Source: an uncultured bacterium (GTDB lineage: Bacteria > Desulfobacterota > DSM-4660 > Desulfatiglandales > CALKZT01). Taken from it: a stretch of DNA of 53,887 nucleotides. The stretch covers positions 1 through 53,887 of the forward strand of contig CALKZT010000079.1 of assembly GCA_938002815.1 (NCBI GenBank). Reading direction: 5' to 3'. The number at the start of each line of letters is the position of its first letter. Positions within the stretch are counted from its first letter, which is position 1. The notes beneath the pieces were generated by a model. It did no database searches and had not been told where the DNA came from. It saw only the letters and a list, made by a program, of their open reading frames with translations. Of this stretch, positions 23,303 through 33,654 are shown piece by piece. The translations under genes and the position numbers were made by a program.

Positions 23303-24629
23303 ATACGATCTCGTAAGGATCTATCTTGTTCAAGACGAGTCCGCTTAGGACCTTGGGATAGAAAAATGTGGACTTTCTGGGCATTACCAGCCTCTTTTGG
23401 GCCACATCTCTGACCTGTTCTATCTTGGTGGGATTCATAAGGACGGAAATGAGGTATTCACCTTTCTCTGTGGCCTCAAAGGCATGCAGTGCATCCGAGG
23501 TGTAATGGAATATCTCCTCTCTATCCATGTGCTCCTTTTTGAATCCCAGGACCTTCTGGAAAAAGAGGCGAGAAAGCACCATAACATCCAAGACCTTCAA
23601 AGAAGGATCTAGATCATCTCCTATGGCATCCAAACCACTGGGTTGTAAGGACAAAAGGTAGGTATCCCTAATGCCCCTAAACCTGGCCAAGAAAGAAGGG
23701 GTAGATCTACCAGAAGCCTCTAGCTCTTTGAGCAGGTAACCTAAGTCATTATCCTTAAAGACCCGAACATGAAAATAATCTTGAAGACCATTTAAAATTT
23801 GAGCAGGCTCGGTTAGAGGAGCAGTCCTAACAAGCCTATGAGTTGGAAGTATGACGAGACCTTCTCCTAACATGTCTGCAAGGTACATCATTGTGTATTC
23901 ATACGATCTATTGGAAGGTTTAGGATCATATTTAGTCCTCATTATGTTTCTAAAAATCCTGGCGGTCTCGTATCTGTGGTGGCCATCTGCTATAAGTATC
24001 CTCTTGGACAAAAAACTATTGTAAATATCTGATATAATGGAAGAGTCTTTGATGACATAAAATTTATGCTCAGTATTATCTCTGAAAGTAAAGTGTAGCA
24101 GGGGCTCTGTTTTTGAATAAAAATCGATTATTTGCTTGATGCTTTTATCGCCATCTTCATAAAGTCCAAAAATTTGGCTAAACTGAGCGTTACATGCCCT
24201 CATAAGCTTGAGCCTATCCTCTTTATGGGCTGAAAATGTCTTTTCGTGAGGCATTATCACATTTGAGTCAGGCTCTTCAATCCTTACTAAACCAATCACT
24301 CCCCATCTCTCAAAGGTTGGCCCCCCTTCATCTGCTTTAAACCTTACAGATGTGAGATAAAGGCAGGGTTCCTTGGCCCGGACAAGCACCCCTTCCTCTA
24401 ACCACCTCTTGAAGTGGTCAGCTGCCCTGGTGTAACGGTTGTCCCAATCGCTATCCCCTATCCTCTTTTTTCCTAAGATGAGCCTTATGATGTTATGGGG
24501 GTGCAGAAGGTAATAATAGTCCTGTTCCTCCTCAGAGATCACATCATAGGGAGGGGCCAAGAGGTGTGAAGGCTCCTTGAAAAGCTGCCAGTTATAGGTA
24601 ATGCCCTTAAAGGGAGCAACTATTGCCAT
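23280..24629 (-). CDS. DUF1015 domain protein
   Basis: APPYDVIS, PHEKT, IADGHHRYET, MPRKSTFFYPK. Confidence 0.92.
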   Translation of the reverse strand: MAIVAPFKGITYNWQLFKEPSHLLAPPYDVISEEEQDYYYLLHPHNIIRLILGKKRIGDSDWDNRYTRAADHFKRWLEEGVLVRAKEPCLYLTSVRFKADEGGPTFERWGVIGLVRIEEPDSNVIMPHEKTFSAHKEDRLKLMRACNAQFSQIFGLYEDGDKSIKQIIDFYSKTEPLLHFTFRDNTEHKFYVIKDSSIISDIYNSFLSKRILIADGHHRYETARIFRNIMRTKYDPKPSNRSYEYTMMYLADMLGEGLVILPTHRLVRTAPLTEPAQILNGLQDYFHVRVFKDNDLGYLLKELEASGRSTPSFLARFRGIRDTYLLSLQPSGLDAIGDDLDPSLKVLDVMVLSRLFFQKVLGFKKEHMDREEIFHYTSDALHAFEATEKGEYLISVLMNPTKIEQVRDVAQKRLVMPRKSTFFYPKVLSGLVLNKIDPYEIVYVPESER

Positions 24630-25058
24630 TATCTCTCCATATCCCTGTAATTGGACTAACCCAAGGAAGAGTACCTAAAGAGGCGCAATAAAGTGCTTAG
24701 GGATCAGTCCTTAGGATTAGGGATCTTAACTTTCGGTCCCATTGGAGTCAAGAGTCTGGAATGTAGCAGCTCCCCACTTAGTGTTTAGGACCCCCACCAA
24801 GGGGGAGATCTTGAGGGCTCAGTAGGGCCCCAAATTTTGGGGATGCTTTAGACTGCCTAATCACCCTTGAGGGGTCCCAAAGAGCGATTAGGCATACCCT
24901 GGGTAACCGAAAATGAGCGAGAGAAGGGCCATCTTCTGTCGGTAATTGCAACTCGGGGCCTTAAGCTCTAACCCTTTAGAATAGGCTAAAAATTGGCATG
25001 GATCAATGGCCCTACTTTACTCTAAGTAACCACGACTTTTAATTGGAGGGCACTTGTT

Positions 25059-26279
25059 TTAGACCTGCATCACGCAATCCCTGCCAGAAGCCTTTGCGGT
25101 ATAAAGCATATCATCAGCCCTTTTCATTATAGTATCAACGGTGTCCCCTAAAAAAATTGAAGTTATACCAAAGCTAGCAGTAACTTTCCTCCCTATGGAG
25201 TAGTCTTTTTCACGCAGCTTTAACCTCAAATCTTCGGCAAGGGCATAGGCACCCTCTTTATCGGTCTGGGGAAGGAGTAGCACGAATTCCTCTCCTCCCC
25301 ATCTTGCCAGGACATCAATGGATCTGATCCTACTTTTTATTGTGCTAACAGTACCTACAAGTACTTCATCTCCCTTATCATGGCCAAAGTCATCATTTAT
25401 GGATTTGAAATGATCCAAATCAAGCATTATTACTGAAAATTGATCCCCGTATCTCTTAAACCTCCCTATCTCATGTTCGAGCCTTTCTACGAAGTACCTC
25501 CTATTATAAGCTCCTGTAAGTGGATCTGTTATAGATAAATTTTTTAGTCTCTCTTCAAGGCTTTTCCTTTCACTTAGATCCAAAAAGGCCTCCATAATTA
25601 CCTCTGAATCCCCAGTATTCAGAAGCTTAACTGTTCTCAAGATGGGTATATTTTCCCCATCCGCCCTAAGCAGAAAACTCTCACCTCTATATGTGTCCTT
25701 TCCTTCTTTGTTTAGTAGACAAATCGGATTTTCACACAAAAAAATCTCTTTACAGTTCTTATTTAGAACAAATTCTCTCTTTGTTCCAAGCAAATTGGCA
25801 GCTTCAAGATTTAGATCTTCAACTAAACATGTGTCTGCTCTCACGAATATGAGTCCAATAGGTAGATTAAACATGAGTAGCCAAAGGAACTCCTCTTTCT
25901 TATCAAGTTCGAGTTCGATCTTTTTGTAGCTTGTGACATCCCTCAAAAGGCACAAGACACTTTTTGGACCGTTCCAGTCCACCAAAGAGAATTCTATATC
26001 AAAACTGAACTCTGTTCCTCTCGAGTCCATTAAAGTTATGGTGACTGGATGTCCCACTGGGCCTTTTTGGGGAAGGCTTTGACGACTTTTCAAGGAGAGG
26101 AATATATCAACTATAACTTCCGTAATTTCTCTGTGACCTCCGCCGCAGTAACTTTCGTGGACATCTGAGCAGGTGAGGCAGGAGATCGCCTTATATCTGT
26201 CATTGCTGAATAGGACCTGGCCATTTAGATCAAGAAGCAGGCAAGGGCTTGGGAGGGCATTGAGGAACTTGTATTCCAT
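25059..26279 (-). CDS. PAS-domain diguanylate cyclase
   Basis: TDPLTGAYNRR, DLDHFKSIND, RxxD I-site (RSID) and RWGGEEF active site. Confidence 0.93.
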   Translation of the reverse strand: MEYKFLNALPSPCLLLDLNGQVLFSNDRYKAISCLTCSDVHESYCGGGHREITEVIVDIFLSLKSRQSLPQKGPVGHPVTITLMDSRGTEFSFDIEFSLVDWNGPKSVLCLLRDVTSYKKIELELDKKEEFLWLLMFNLPIGLIFVRADTCLVEDLNLEAANLLGTKREFVLNKNCKEIFLCENPICLLNKEGKDTYRGESFLLRADGENIPILRTVKLLNTGDSEVIMEAFLDLSERKSLEERLKNLSITDPLTGAYNRRYFVERLEHEIGRFKRYGDQFSVIMLDLDHFKSINDDFGHDKGDEVLVGTVSTIKSRIRSIDVLARWGGEEFVLLLPQTDKEGAYALAEDLRLKLREKDYSIGRKVTASFGITSIFLGDTVDTIMKRADDMLYTAKASGRDCVMQV

Positions 26280-26598
26280 CCAGACCTTCCTATGGTTTTT
26301 AGGCCTTAGAATACATTTTTGGAGCAGAAGTCAAGAGATAATTTGAGGGGGGGCAACTCTAAGGAGGTCATGGTAGCACCTGAGAGAAGGTGTGGGTATG
26401 CGGTCCTTGATCAATTATATTGGGATAGATCGCGTGGTAACTTGAGAACTTCTGGCTTGTAACTGCCCTGAACTTAATTGTTGGTTTTACAAAAACTTTG
26501 ATAGCTCTTGCAAGAAGCTACTATAATCGAGTTGATATGCTTTCTTCAGAACACTAAAAGCAAGCCATCTTTTTTGAAAGGGAGTATCCAATCTGCTT

Positions 26599-27239
26599 AT
26601 GGCTTACACGATCGAGACCTTTGAAGACCTCCTGAGGGTGTTAAGGGAGAGAGCTGAGTGGCGTGAACAACTACGTGCCCTCATCCTCACCGAAGAACTT
26701 TTGGCCCTTCCTGAAAAATTTGAGAGATTTAGGCAAGAGGAATTCCTCCCACTAAAAGAGAAGATTGATAGTATGGGAAGGGACGAGGGTGTTCTAAAAG
26801 AAGATGTAGCAATGCTAAAGAGAGATATAGGGGATCTAAAAGGTGATAACTTTGAAAGAAAGGTGAAGGAAAAAGTCAATGCCTATTTTGGAAAATTCAT
26901 AAAAAAGCCAAAGGTCCTTTCGACCAATGAGTGGGGAAGTATTCTTGATGATGCCCTGAATAGTAGAATTATCATAAAGGAAGAAAGGAAAGATGCTTTA
27001 AATTCAGACCTTATTCTGACAGGTCTACTAAGAGACTACAGCGAAAAAAATGTGGTTGCTGTTTCTGAGATATCAATGAAGGTGGACAAAAAGGACGTAG
27101 AGAGGGCATCACACAGAGCTAAGGTATTTGAGAAGGCGATGTACCATCTATTGCCGTTGCTTTGGATAAGCAGTTTACCGAAGTAGCGATAAAAAGGTCA
27201 ATTGAACTTAATGTAACGCTTATACAAAAAGGCAAGTAA
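26599..27239 (+). pseudogene. Probably frameshifted conserved hypothetical coiled-coil protein
   Basis: ORF 26599-27186 ends in an atypical tail; the -1 frame from about 27141 reads VPSIAVALDKQFTEVAIKRSIELNVTLIQKGK-stop (27239), which looks like a natural C-terminus. Confidence 0.6.
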
Positions 27240-27517
27240 TTCCCAATTCTTTTCACCGAATCACCTTAGGGATTGACGATTATGGATCGTTTGATTTCTT
27301 GCCCGTAGCTTGTGGGACAGTTTTTTGCATCTTCGGGGGATCACAAGCGAACTAATGGCCCATATCCATCGCTTTTAGATCTGCAACCCAAGCCTCGCAG
27401 GTCCTTAATTAAGAAGATAAACACTTCACCTCTAGTGCCTAAAGGGTATGCTTTCCACCAAGTTCCCCTTGACTTGGGGGCCCTGTTTTGTGAGTATATT
27501 TGCGCAAACATCTAACT

Positions 27518-27928
27518 ATGGGTAGCCATGAGGTGGAAAAGGTAATTGCTATTCTAAAGTCCTTGGGCGACAAGAGCAGGCTAAGGGCTCTGATGTCGTT
27601 GGCTGAATTTGGGGAGCTTTGCGTATGTGAGATAACGGAGTTGCTGGAATTATCCGCTGCCACTGTCTCAAGGCACATGAGCCTGCTTCAGAAGGCCGGG
27701 ATAGTTAAGAGTAGGAAAGATGGAAGGTGGGTCCACTATGGACTCTCAGGGCAATTACCTGGGGAACTACTTGCCTGGCTGAAGGAATGCCTCAATGGTG
27801 AGCAAGTACTCGAAAAAGACAAAAAGAGGATGGCGGTAATATTAAAAAATAAACCCTCAAAGCATTGTAAGAGGCCCCAGAATATGAAAAATGAGGTCCT
27901 CATGAAGGAGGGAACAAATGGGTGTTAA
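27518..27928 (+). CDS. ArsR/SmtB family metalloregulator
   Basis: LGDKSRLR, GELCVCEI, VSRHMSLL, RKDGRWVHY; start set to ATG 27518. Confidence 0.92.
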   Translation: MGSHEVEKVIAILKSLGDKSRLRALMSLAEFGELCVCEITELLELSAATVSRHMSLLQKAGIVKSRKDGRWVHYGLSGQLPGELLAWLKECLNGEQVLEKDKKRMAVILKNKPSKHCKRPQNMKNEVLMKEGTNGC

Positions 27929-28118
27929 CCTGAAGGATATAGTGGTGAGGCTTGATGCCCATGAGGTTCAAAGGCTCTTGGCCATCGAGATGGATGAAGA
28001 CGCAGATGAAGCCTTCATGTACCTTAGAGATGTTGTGGCAAAAAAGGTAAAGGAGGCACTTCAGCCCCATTGAGCGCCTGTTTTTGAGGCTAAGTTTAGC
28101 CGAAACTTTTTTCCTTGA
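27918..28118 (+). CDS. Small unannotated protein, putative selenoprotein (UGA at 28071-28073, ...LQPH-U-APVFE...)
   Basis: AAGGAGG RBS; ATG overlaps the arsR end; 51 sense codons, then TGA followed by a GGCTA-AGTT-TAGCC hairpin; if TGA is a stop the CDS is 27918-28073. Confidence 0.6.
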
Positions 28119-28197
28119 ATTGGCGGGTTGAAAAGATGGTTGGGTCTTATATGTCTTTGTAACGACAGATTTTAAATTATGTTTCGAAGAGTAAAAC

Positions 28198-28581
28198 ATG
28201 ACTGGATCAGAATCAAGCATGGAACTTAAGATAAGATATCTTGATGAAGGTTTTGTTGAGATAGAACCACAAGGCATATCTCCGTTAAGGGTTCTTGAAC
28301 AAATTGCTATTATTTCCTATGAGACAGCTGATTGTCCACTACATCATTTTATTATGCCGTTTGAAATTGACCCACAACTCTCTGATATTACCGGTTTTGT
28401 TAGAAATGGAAGTATACAGATGGACTATGTGAATGGCAGGTTATGTAGTACCTATGCCTATATCTCAGGTAAAAAGATCCTGTTCGACGGAAGGAGGTTT
28501 GAAAGGGATAGGGGTTCTACGAAGGCCTTTCTTACCCTCTTGAGTTACAGGATCAAAACTGAAAAAACTCCTGATGGGTAA
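28198..28581 (+). CDS. Hypothetical protein
   Basis: 127-aa ORF co-oriented with neighbours; no family recognised; start may be the second Met. Confidence 0.6.
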   Translation: MTGSESSMELKIRYLDEGFVEIEPQGISPLRVLEQIAIISYETADCPLHHFIMPFEIDPQLSDITGFVRNGSIQMDYVNGRLCSTYAYISGKKILFDGRRFERDRGSTKAFLTLLSYRIKTEKTPDG

Positions 28582-28638
28582 TTGTAGGCTGTGGGAGAAT
28601 TTATTTATCCCGGAATCTAAAGGGGAGGTGATTTAGAG

Positions 28639-29163
28639 GTGTTACTGAAATCATATAGAATGGAAATCTTTAGGCCAGAGTGTAATCCCAGCTTTCAGTC
28701 GCTACACTGTATTGCACATCTGGATCAAAATATCGAGGGTGTCCTTCCATATCTGAATGCCGTGTTAGGTGGTTTCGAATATCTAAAAGATCCCCCTGCA
28801 GTGACCTTCAAGGTACACGGCAAACTCATAACAGTACATCCAGATAAGATTGCTATAAATGCCCTTAAGGATGATGAAGAAGCGAAAAGGATCCTGGAAT
28901 GGCTAAAGGATGAGATAAACCAAGCATGGGAAAAGAGGGATGAGATCACCCCCTCCTACGAAGGCCAACCCAAACCGCAGGTGTTGGAGGTGTTAAAAAG
29001 GCTGCCGAAGACCAATTGCAAGAAGTGTGGCCTTCCTACCTGCATGGTATTCGCTGTTAGGGTGACCGAAGGGGTAAAGACGGCATCCCACTGTCCTGAG
29101 CTGGATCCTAAGAAAAGGGAATCCTTGGAGGAATACATGTCGCAGTTTAGGTTTGACTGGTAG
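28639..29163 (+). CDS. Fe-S cluster protein with C-terminal LPxTNCxxCGxxTC...C domain
   Basis: LPKTNCKKCGLPTCMVFA...CPEL; GTG start after GGAGG. Confidence 0.85.
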   Translation: MLLKSYRMEIFRPECNPSFQSLHCIAHLDQNIEGVLPYLNAVLGGFEYLKDPPAVTFKVHGKLITVHPDKIAINALKDDEEAKRILEWLKDEINQAWEKRDEITPSYEGQPKPQVLEVLKRLPKTNCKKCGLPTCMVFAVRVTEGVKTASHCPELDPKKRESLEEYMSQFRFDW

Positions 29164-29410
29164 GCGCCTTTCTCAGCTCTTTGGGATCCCACCAAATTAC
29201 TGCTTACCTGTGATGGCCAAAAAAGGGTCCCTTTGGGCAAAAGGGGAAATGCTGGGACTCTTTGGATCCTTGTGATAGATCCATTTTTTTGATAAGAACT
29301 TCGGTGGTAATCCGTTCCATATCGGGTCTCAGGAGTCACATTTAAGGTCTTGTCTTCCTTGGAAGATCCAACTAGGTGAACCTGAGCCCCTGGGTTAGTA
29401 AGGAGGGGGC

Positions 29411-31780
29411 ATGCGAAAGGGAGTATTGAAGGTAGGCACAGGGGTAAGTACACTTCCAAACCCAAGAGAGGCCGCAAGGGAGGCCGTAAGAGCTGCGGTC
29501 AGAGAAATTTCCGATCAAAAGCCATCCTTGCTCTTGGCCTTTTTTGGCCCCGATTTTGCGTCGGATGAGGTCTATGGAGTACTCCGGGAAGAAGGTGGCA
29601 ACTCTCCTTTGGTGGGGTGTAGCACTGCAGGCGAAATCCTAAATGGCCCTTTCGAGAATAGTATTGTAGTGTGTGCCATATCCTCAGCCCATCTGATCCC
29701 CTTTTTGTGTCAGGTAAAAGTCGAAAAAGATCTAAACGAGACCATTTCAAAGCTCTTAGAAGAGGAGCCAGCGAAGCTATCAATGGATCCCTTATTTATA
29801 GAGAATTTAAAGAAAGAGGGAAGGCAGGCCTTTGGACTGCTATTCACTCCAGGTAATACCAGATATAGAGATTCACCGGCCTACTATATCTTTCAGGCAT
29901 TAAAAGGGGCCTTGGGCGAAAAGATACCCATTGTGGGTGCCTGTGCAGCAGACCAATGGAGATTGGATGCCAATTTTACATTGGGACCGGAAGGCATACT
30001 GGAATATTCAGTTACCTTTGGCCTTATTGTGACTTCCTTAAGATATGGGATAGGTATGGCACATGGGTATTCTCCCACCAACAGGTGGGCCCTTGTGACA
30101 AGATCCCATGGCAGCACCATCCTTGAGCTAAACGGACTACCTGCTTCAGAGGTGATCCCTTGGCTCTTTCAAAAGGATCTCACTGAGATAGAGGGTAAAC
30201 ACATAGGTCTTATTGCCCGCCAGGTACTGGGCATACCAGACAGATATGGAAAGTACTTTATATTAGTTCCCAGTTTCCTTACAGAGGAAGGTGGCCTTAG
30301 GCTCAGCCAACCGGTCTATCCAGGGAGCAGAGTGGTGGCCATGGAACCTGGCCCAAATATGGGATTTACCTCCAGAGAGGCCATATCAAGGGCCTTGATA
30401 AGGTCAGGCAGACCATACCCCGATTTAGGACTCTTGTTCTCCTGTGGCCTCCAGTGGAAACTATTGGGTGAGGGGCTGAAGCAGGAGGATATAGAAGCGG
30501 TTAAGGGCTCCTTTGGAGGCTTTCCTTTGGCAGGGTTTTATTCCTTTGGTGAGCAGGGGATCCCCCTTGAAGGGGACAATAGACACTCTAATGGTGTGAC
30601 AAGTGCATTGGTATTTTGCGATGAACTTACCCCTGCGGCCGAGATATACCTCGAAAATAGAAGTTTGATGGAGCTCATCAAGAGGCAGCACCAAGAAATA
30701 TCCAAAAAGGCTTTAGAATGGGAGGCCACCTTTGATGGGGTGCCGATAAGCATCGCAGTATTAGACAATACCTATAGGATCGTAAAAATCAACAAGACCA
30801 TGGCTGAGGCCTTGGGGGCAAGCAAAGAGGAACTCTTAGGAAAGTTCTGCTACCAGGTTGTGCATAAGTCTGATAGCCCTATAGAAAACTGTCCTTTAAT
30901 AGATGTATGCAAAAAAGGCGTCCCTATTTTAAGAGAGATGTTTGAACCGGGTTTGGGTGGCTGGAACTTGGTAGGTGTGTCTCTGTTAACTGAGTTAGGT
31001 TCCCACCCTAGTGAGCTTATTCATTTTGCTATCAACATCAGTGACAAGAAACTCTTGGAGGAAGCACAGGAAAAGATCAAGAAACTCGAGACTTCTTCTA
31101 CCATAGCAGCTGGTATTGCACACGACTTTAATAATATGCTCACGGTAATACTTGGGTCAATAGAACTATCTATGTCAGAGTTGCAAGAAGGTAGCAAGGC
31201 ATTTAGGTATCTTAGTAAGGCCAGAGATATGGTTGGAACAATGGCAGATCTTATAAGGAGGCTGTTGTTGGCCTCGTTTGGGACATCTTTAAAGCTTATT
31301 AAAATGGATCTTACTGTTTTATTAAAGACCGCTATTGAAAATAAGATTAAAGGTGCTGAATTAGACGTAAAATGGTACTTAGAAAAGCCCTTTTTTTATA
31401 TACCAGTTGATCCGGTATATATGAGGATCGCCTTTGAAAATCTTATTGAAAATGCCATAGAGGCCTCAGGAGGAAGAGGTGAAATATTTATCCGGGTCAG
31501 GAGCGAAACGGTAGCTCAGGGCCAAATGCCTGAGCTGAGCCCAGGAGAGTATGTTATTGTGACAATAGAGGATCGTGGAAAAGGCATTCCACAAGATGCC
31601 TTAGGAAAGATCTTTGATCCCTATTACAGTACAAAGCCGAGGACATACAAAAAAGGGATGGGACTCGGTCTCACAGAGGCCTTTTCCATTATCCGCTCAC
31701 ACCAGGGGACCATAAGGGTGGAATCAGAGCCGGGCGTGGGGAGTAAGTTCCATGTCTACCTTCCCAGGACCTCTAGATAA
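29411..31780 (+). CDS. FIST-domain PAS sensor histidine kinase
   Basis: VGCSTAGEI, FSCG, GFYSFGE FIST motifs; PAS; AHDFNN; NAIEA; GMGLGL; no receiver. Confidence 0.9.
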   Translation: MRKGVLKVGTGVSTLPNPREAAREAVRAAVREISDQKPSLLLAFFGPDFASDEVYGVLREEGGNSPLVGCSTAGEILNGPFENSIVVCAISSAHLIPFLCQVKVEKDLNETISKLLEEEPAKLSMDPLFIENLKKEGRQAFGLLFTPGNTRYRDSPAYYIFQALKGALGEKIPIVGACAADQWRLDANFTLGPEGILEYSVTFGLIVTSLRYGIGMAHGYSPTNRWALVTRSHGSTILELNGLPASEVIPWLFQKDLTEIEGKHIGLIARQVLGIPDRYGKYFILVPSFLTEEGGLRLSQPVYPGSRVVAMEPGPNMGFTSREAISRALIRSGRPYPDLGLLFSCGLQWKLLGEGLKQEDIEAVKGSFGGFPLAGFYSFGEQGIPLEGDNRHSNGVTSALVFCDELTPAAEIYLENRSLMELIKRQHQEISKKALEWEATFDGVPISIAVLDNTYRIVKINKTMAEALGASKEELLGKFCYQVVHKSDSPIENCPLIDVCKKGVPILREMFEPGLGGWNLVGVSLLTELGSHPSELIHFAINISDKKLLEEAQEKIKKLETSSTIAAGIAHDFNNMLTVILGSIELSMSELQEGSKAFRYLSKARDMVGTMADLIRRLLLASFGTSLKLIKMDLTVLLKTAIENKIKGAELDVKWYLEKPFFYIPVDPVYMRIAFENLIENAIEASGGRGEIFIRVRSETVAQGQMPELSPGEYVIVTIEDRGKGIPQDALGKIFDPYYSTKPRTYKKGMGLGLTEAFSIIRSHQGTIRVESEPGVGSKFHVYLPRTSR

Positions 31781-31783
31781 GAG

Positions 31784-32659
31784 ATGCGCTTAGCAATCCT
31801 AAGTGCCAAATCAGGGCTTTTTCATCCCAACAAAAGGCTCTTAGAGGCCTCCAAGGGATCTAATGTGGAGGCCTTTCTCCTACATCCCAAAGGCCTTTTG
31901 ACCTCTAAGGACAGGGTGATCTCTTACAGGGATAGGGGCCTTCATTTTGACGTGGCACTCATAAGGATTGGGGCCACCATAAATCCCTATGCCATGGCCG
32001 TTGTGAGGGGCATGGAAATCTCTGGAGTTAGGGTCATCAGCAGGCCAGAGGCCATAGAACTTGCAAGGCATAAGCTTTTGAGCCTGTCCTGGCTCCACAA
32101 AGGCGGTATAAGGGTACCTGAGAGCTATCTTGTGAGTAACAAAAAAAATCTTGGGTGTGCCGTTAAAAAATTGGGTGGTCCCCCGGTGATCCTCAAGGCC
32201 ACCTCAGGGAGGCAGGGAGAGGGTGTATGGCTTTTAAACCAGATAAGTGAGATGGAAGAGTTGATCTCCCACCTGCAAGCCCACAAGCATGGGATTGTGG
32301 TACAGGAGTACATAGGCGGAAGAGAGGTGGAAAACTTAAGGCTCTTTGTGGTGGGTGGAAGGGTGATAGGGGGTGTCCGTTTTATACCAAAGAGGGGGGA
32401 ATTCAGGGCAAATTTCCATATGGGAGCAAAGGCATTTGCCGTATCACCAGACAAAGAACTGGAATCCATAGCCCTAGAGACCTCTCAAATACTGGGCCTT
32501 GAGATAGCAGGTGTGGATATAGTCCTGTCGGATGGAATACCCTATGTATTAGAGGCAAACTATAGCCCAGGTTTTAGGGCCTTTGAGGAGGTTACAGGTA
32601 TTGATGTGGCTAAGTGCATAATAGAGTATATTAAAGAGTCCCATGGAGTCAGGTTATGA
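31784..32659 (+). CDS. RimK family ATP-grasp alpha-L-glutamate ligase
   Basis: GRQGEGV, VQEYI, EFRANFHMG, AGVDI, LEANYSPG. Confidence 0.88.
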   Translation: MRLAILSAKSGLFHPNKRLLEASKGSNVEAFLLHPKGLLTSKDRVISYRDRGLHFDVALIRIGATINPYAMAVVRGMEISGVRVISRPEAIELARHKLLSLSWLHKGGIRVPESYLVSNKKNLGCAVKKLGGPPVILKATSGRQGEGVWLLNQISEMEELISHLQAHKHGIVVQEYIGGREVENLRLFVVGGRVIGGVRFIPKRGEFRANFHMGAKAFAVSPDKELESIALETSQILGLEIAGVDIVLSDGIPYVLEANYSPGFRAFEEVTGIDVAKCIIEYIKESHGVRL

Positions 32660-33654
32660 GAATAGCGTTTGTAATGGATAAACTCGAAGGCATATACCCT
32701 GAACTTGAGACCACAAGCCACCTTATGTATGAATGTAATCAGAGAGGACACCAGGTTTATTTCCTTGAACCGCATGATATCTATATTAGAAGAAATCAGA
32801 TAGTTGCTAGGATGAGAAATGTAACAGTAGCTCCAAATTTGAGTATCAAAAAATATTGGCGAGAACTTATAAGATGTAGTAAAAAGGATGAACTAATCTT
32901 TGAAACTGTAACGGAGTTAGATGCGATTTTTCTAAGAAAAAATCCACCTCTCGTATACCAAACACTGGAATTTTTAGGGCCAGTAAGCGATCAGGTATTT
33001 ATTATAAATAGCACAACAGGTCAGATACAGGCAAATAGTAAACTGTACATACTAAATTTTCCTGATATTATTCCAGAAACTCATGTGAGTAGAGATCCTG
33101 CAAGATTGAAGAAGATCATAGATGAATTCGGGGGAGAAATGATAATAAAGCCCCTTAGTAGGTATGGAGGTGAGGGGGTAATAAAGGTAAGTGTGAGGGA
33201 CAGAGAAAACCTGGTCTCTCTTATAAATTACTACGTGAAGGCCTACAACCCATATCCAGACCGGGAGCCTATTATGGTTCAGGAGTATCTGGATAGGGTA
33301 AAGTATGACGGGGATGTCAGGGTATTGCTACTGAACGGTGAGATATTGGGTGCCATGAGGAGGGTTCCTCAGAAGGGAGACTTTAGGACCAATATTCACG
33401 CAGGGGCCAAGGCCTATAAGCATGAGGTCACAGAGGAAGAGAAAAGGATCTGCAATGCTATAAAGGACAAACTGATAAAGGATGGACTTTACTTTGTGGG
33501 AATAGATATAATAGGAAACAAGCTCGTTGAGATAAATTGTGTGAGCCCAGGAGGGATACCAAGGATAAATAGGCTAAACAAGGTAAAACTTGAAAGTAAG
33601 GTCATAGATTTTGTTGAACAAAAGGTAAACGAAATGAGGGAGAAAATTTCATGA
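32656..33654 (+). CDS. gshB: Glutathione synthetase-like ATP-grasp ligase
   Basis: IAFVMD, FLRKNPP, KPL..YGG.GV, GDVRVLLLNGE, GIDIIG, EINCVSPGG. Confidence 0.8.
   Translation: MRIAFVMDKLEGIYPELETTSHLMYECNQRGHQVYFLEPHDIYIRRNQIVARMRNVTVAPNLSIKKYWRELIRCSKKDELIFETVTELDAIFLRKNPPLVYQTLEFLGPVSDQVFIINSTTGQIQANSKLYILNFPDIIPETHVSRDPARLKKIIDEFGGEMIIKPLSRYGGEGVIKVSVRDRENLVSLINYYVKAYNPYPDREPIMVQEYLDRVKYDGDVRVLLLNGEILGAMRRVPQKGDFRTNIHAGAKAYKHEVTEEEKRICNAIKDKLIKDGLYFVGIDIIGNKLVEINCVSPGGIPRINRLNKVKLESKVIDFVEQKVNEMREKIS

Noticed and set aside
27312-27515. 67-aa ORF upstream of arsR
   Set aside because: No RBS or motif, and it overlaps the likely arsR promoter/operator.
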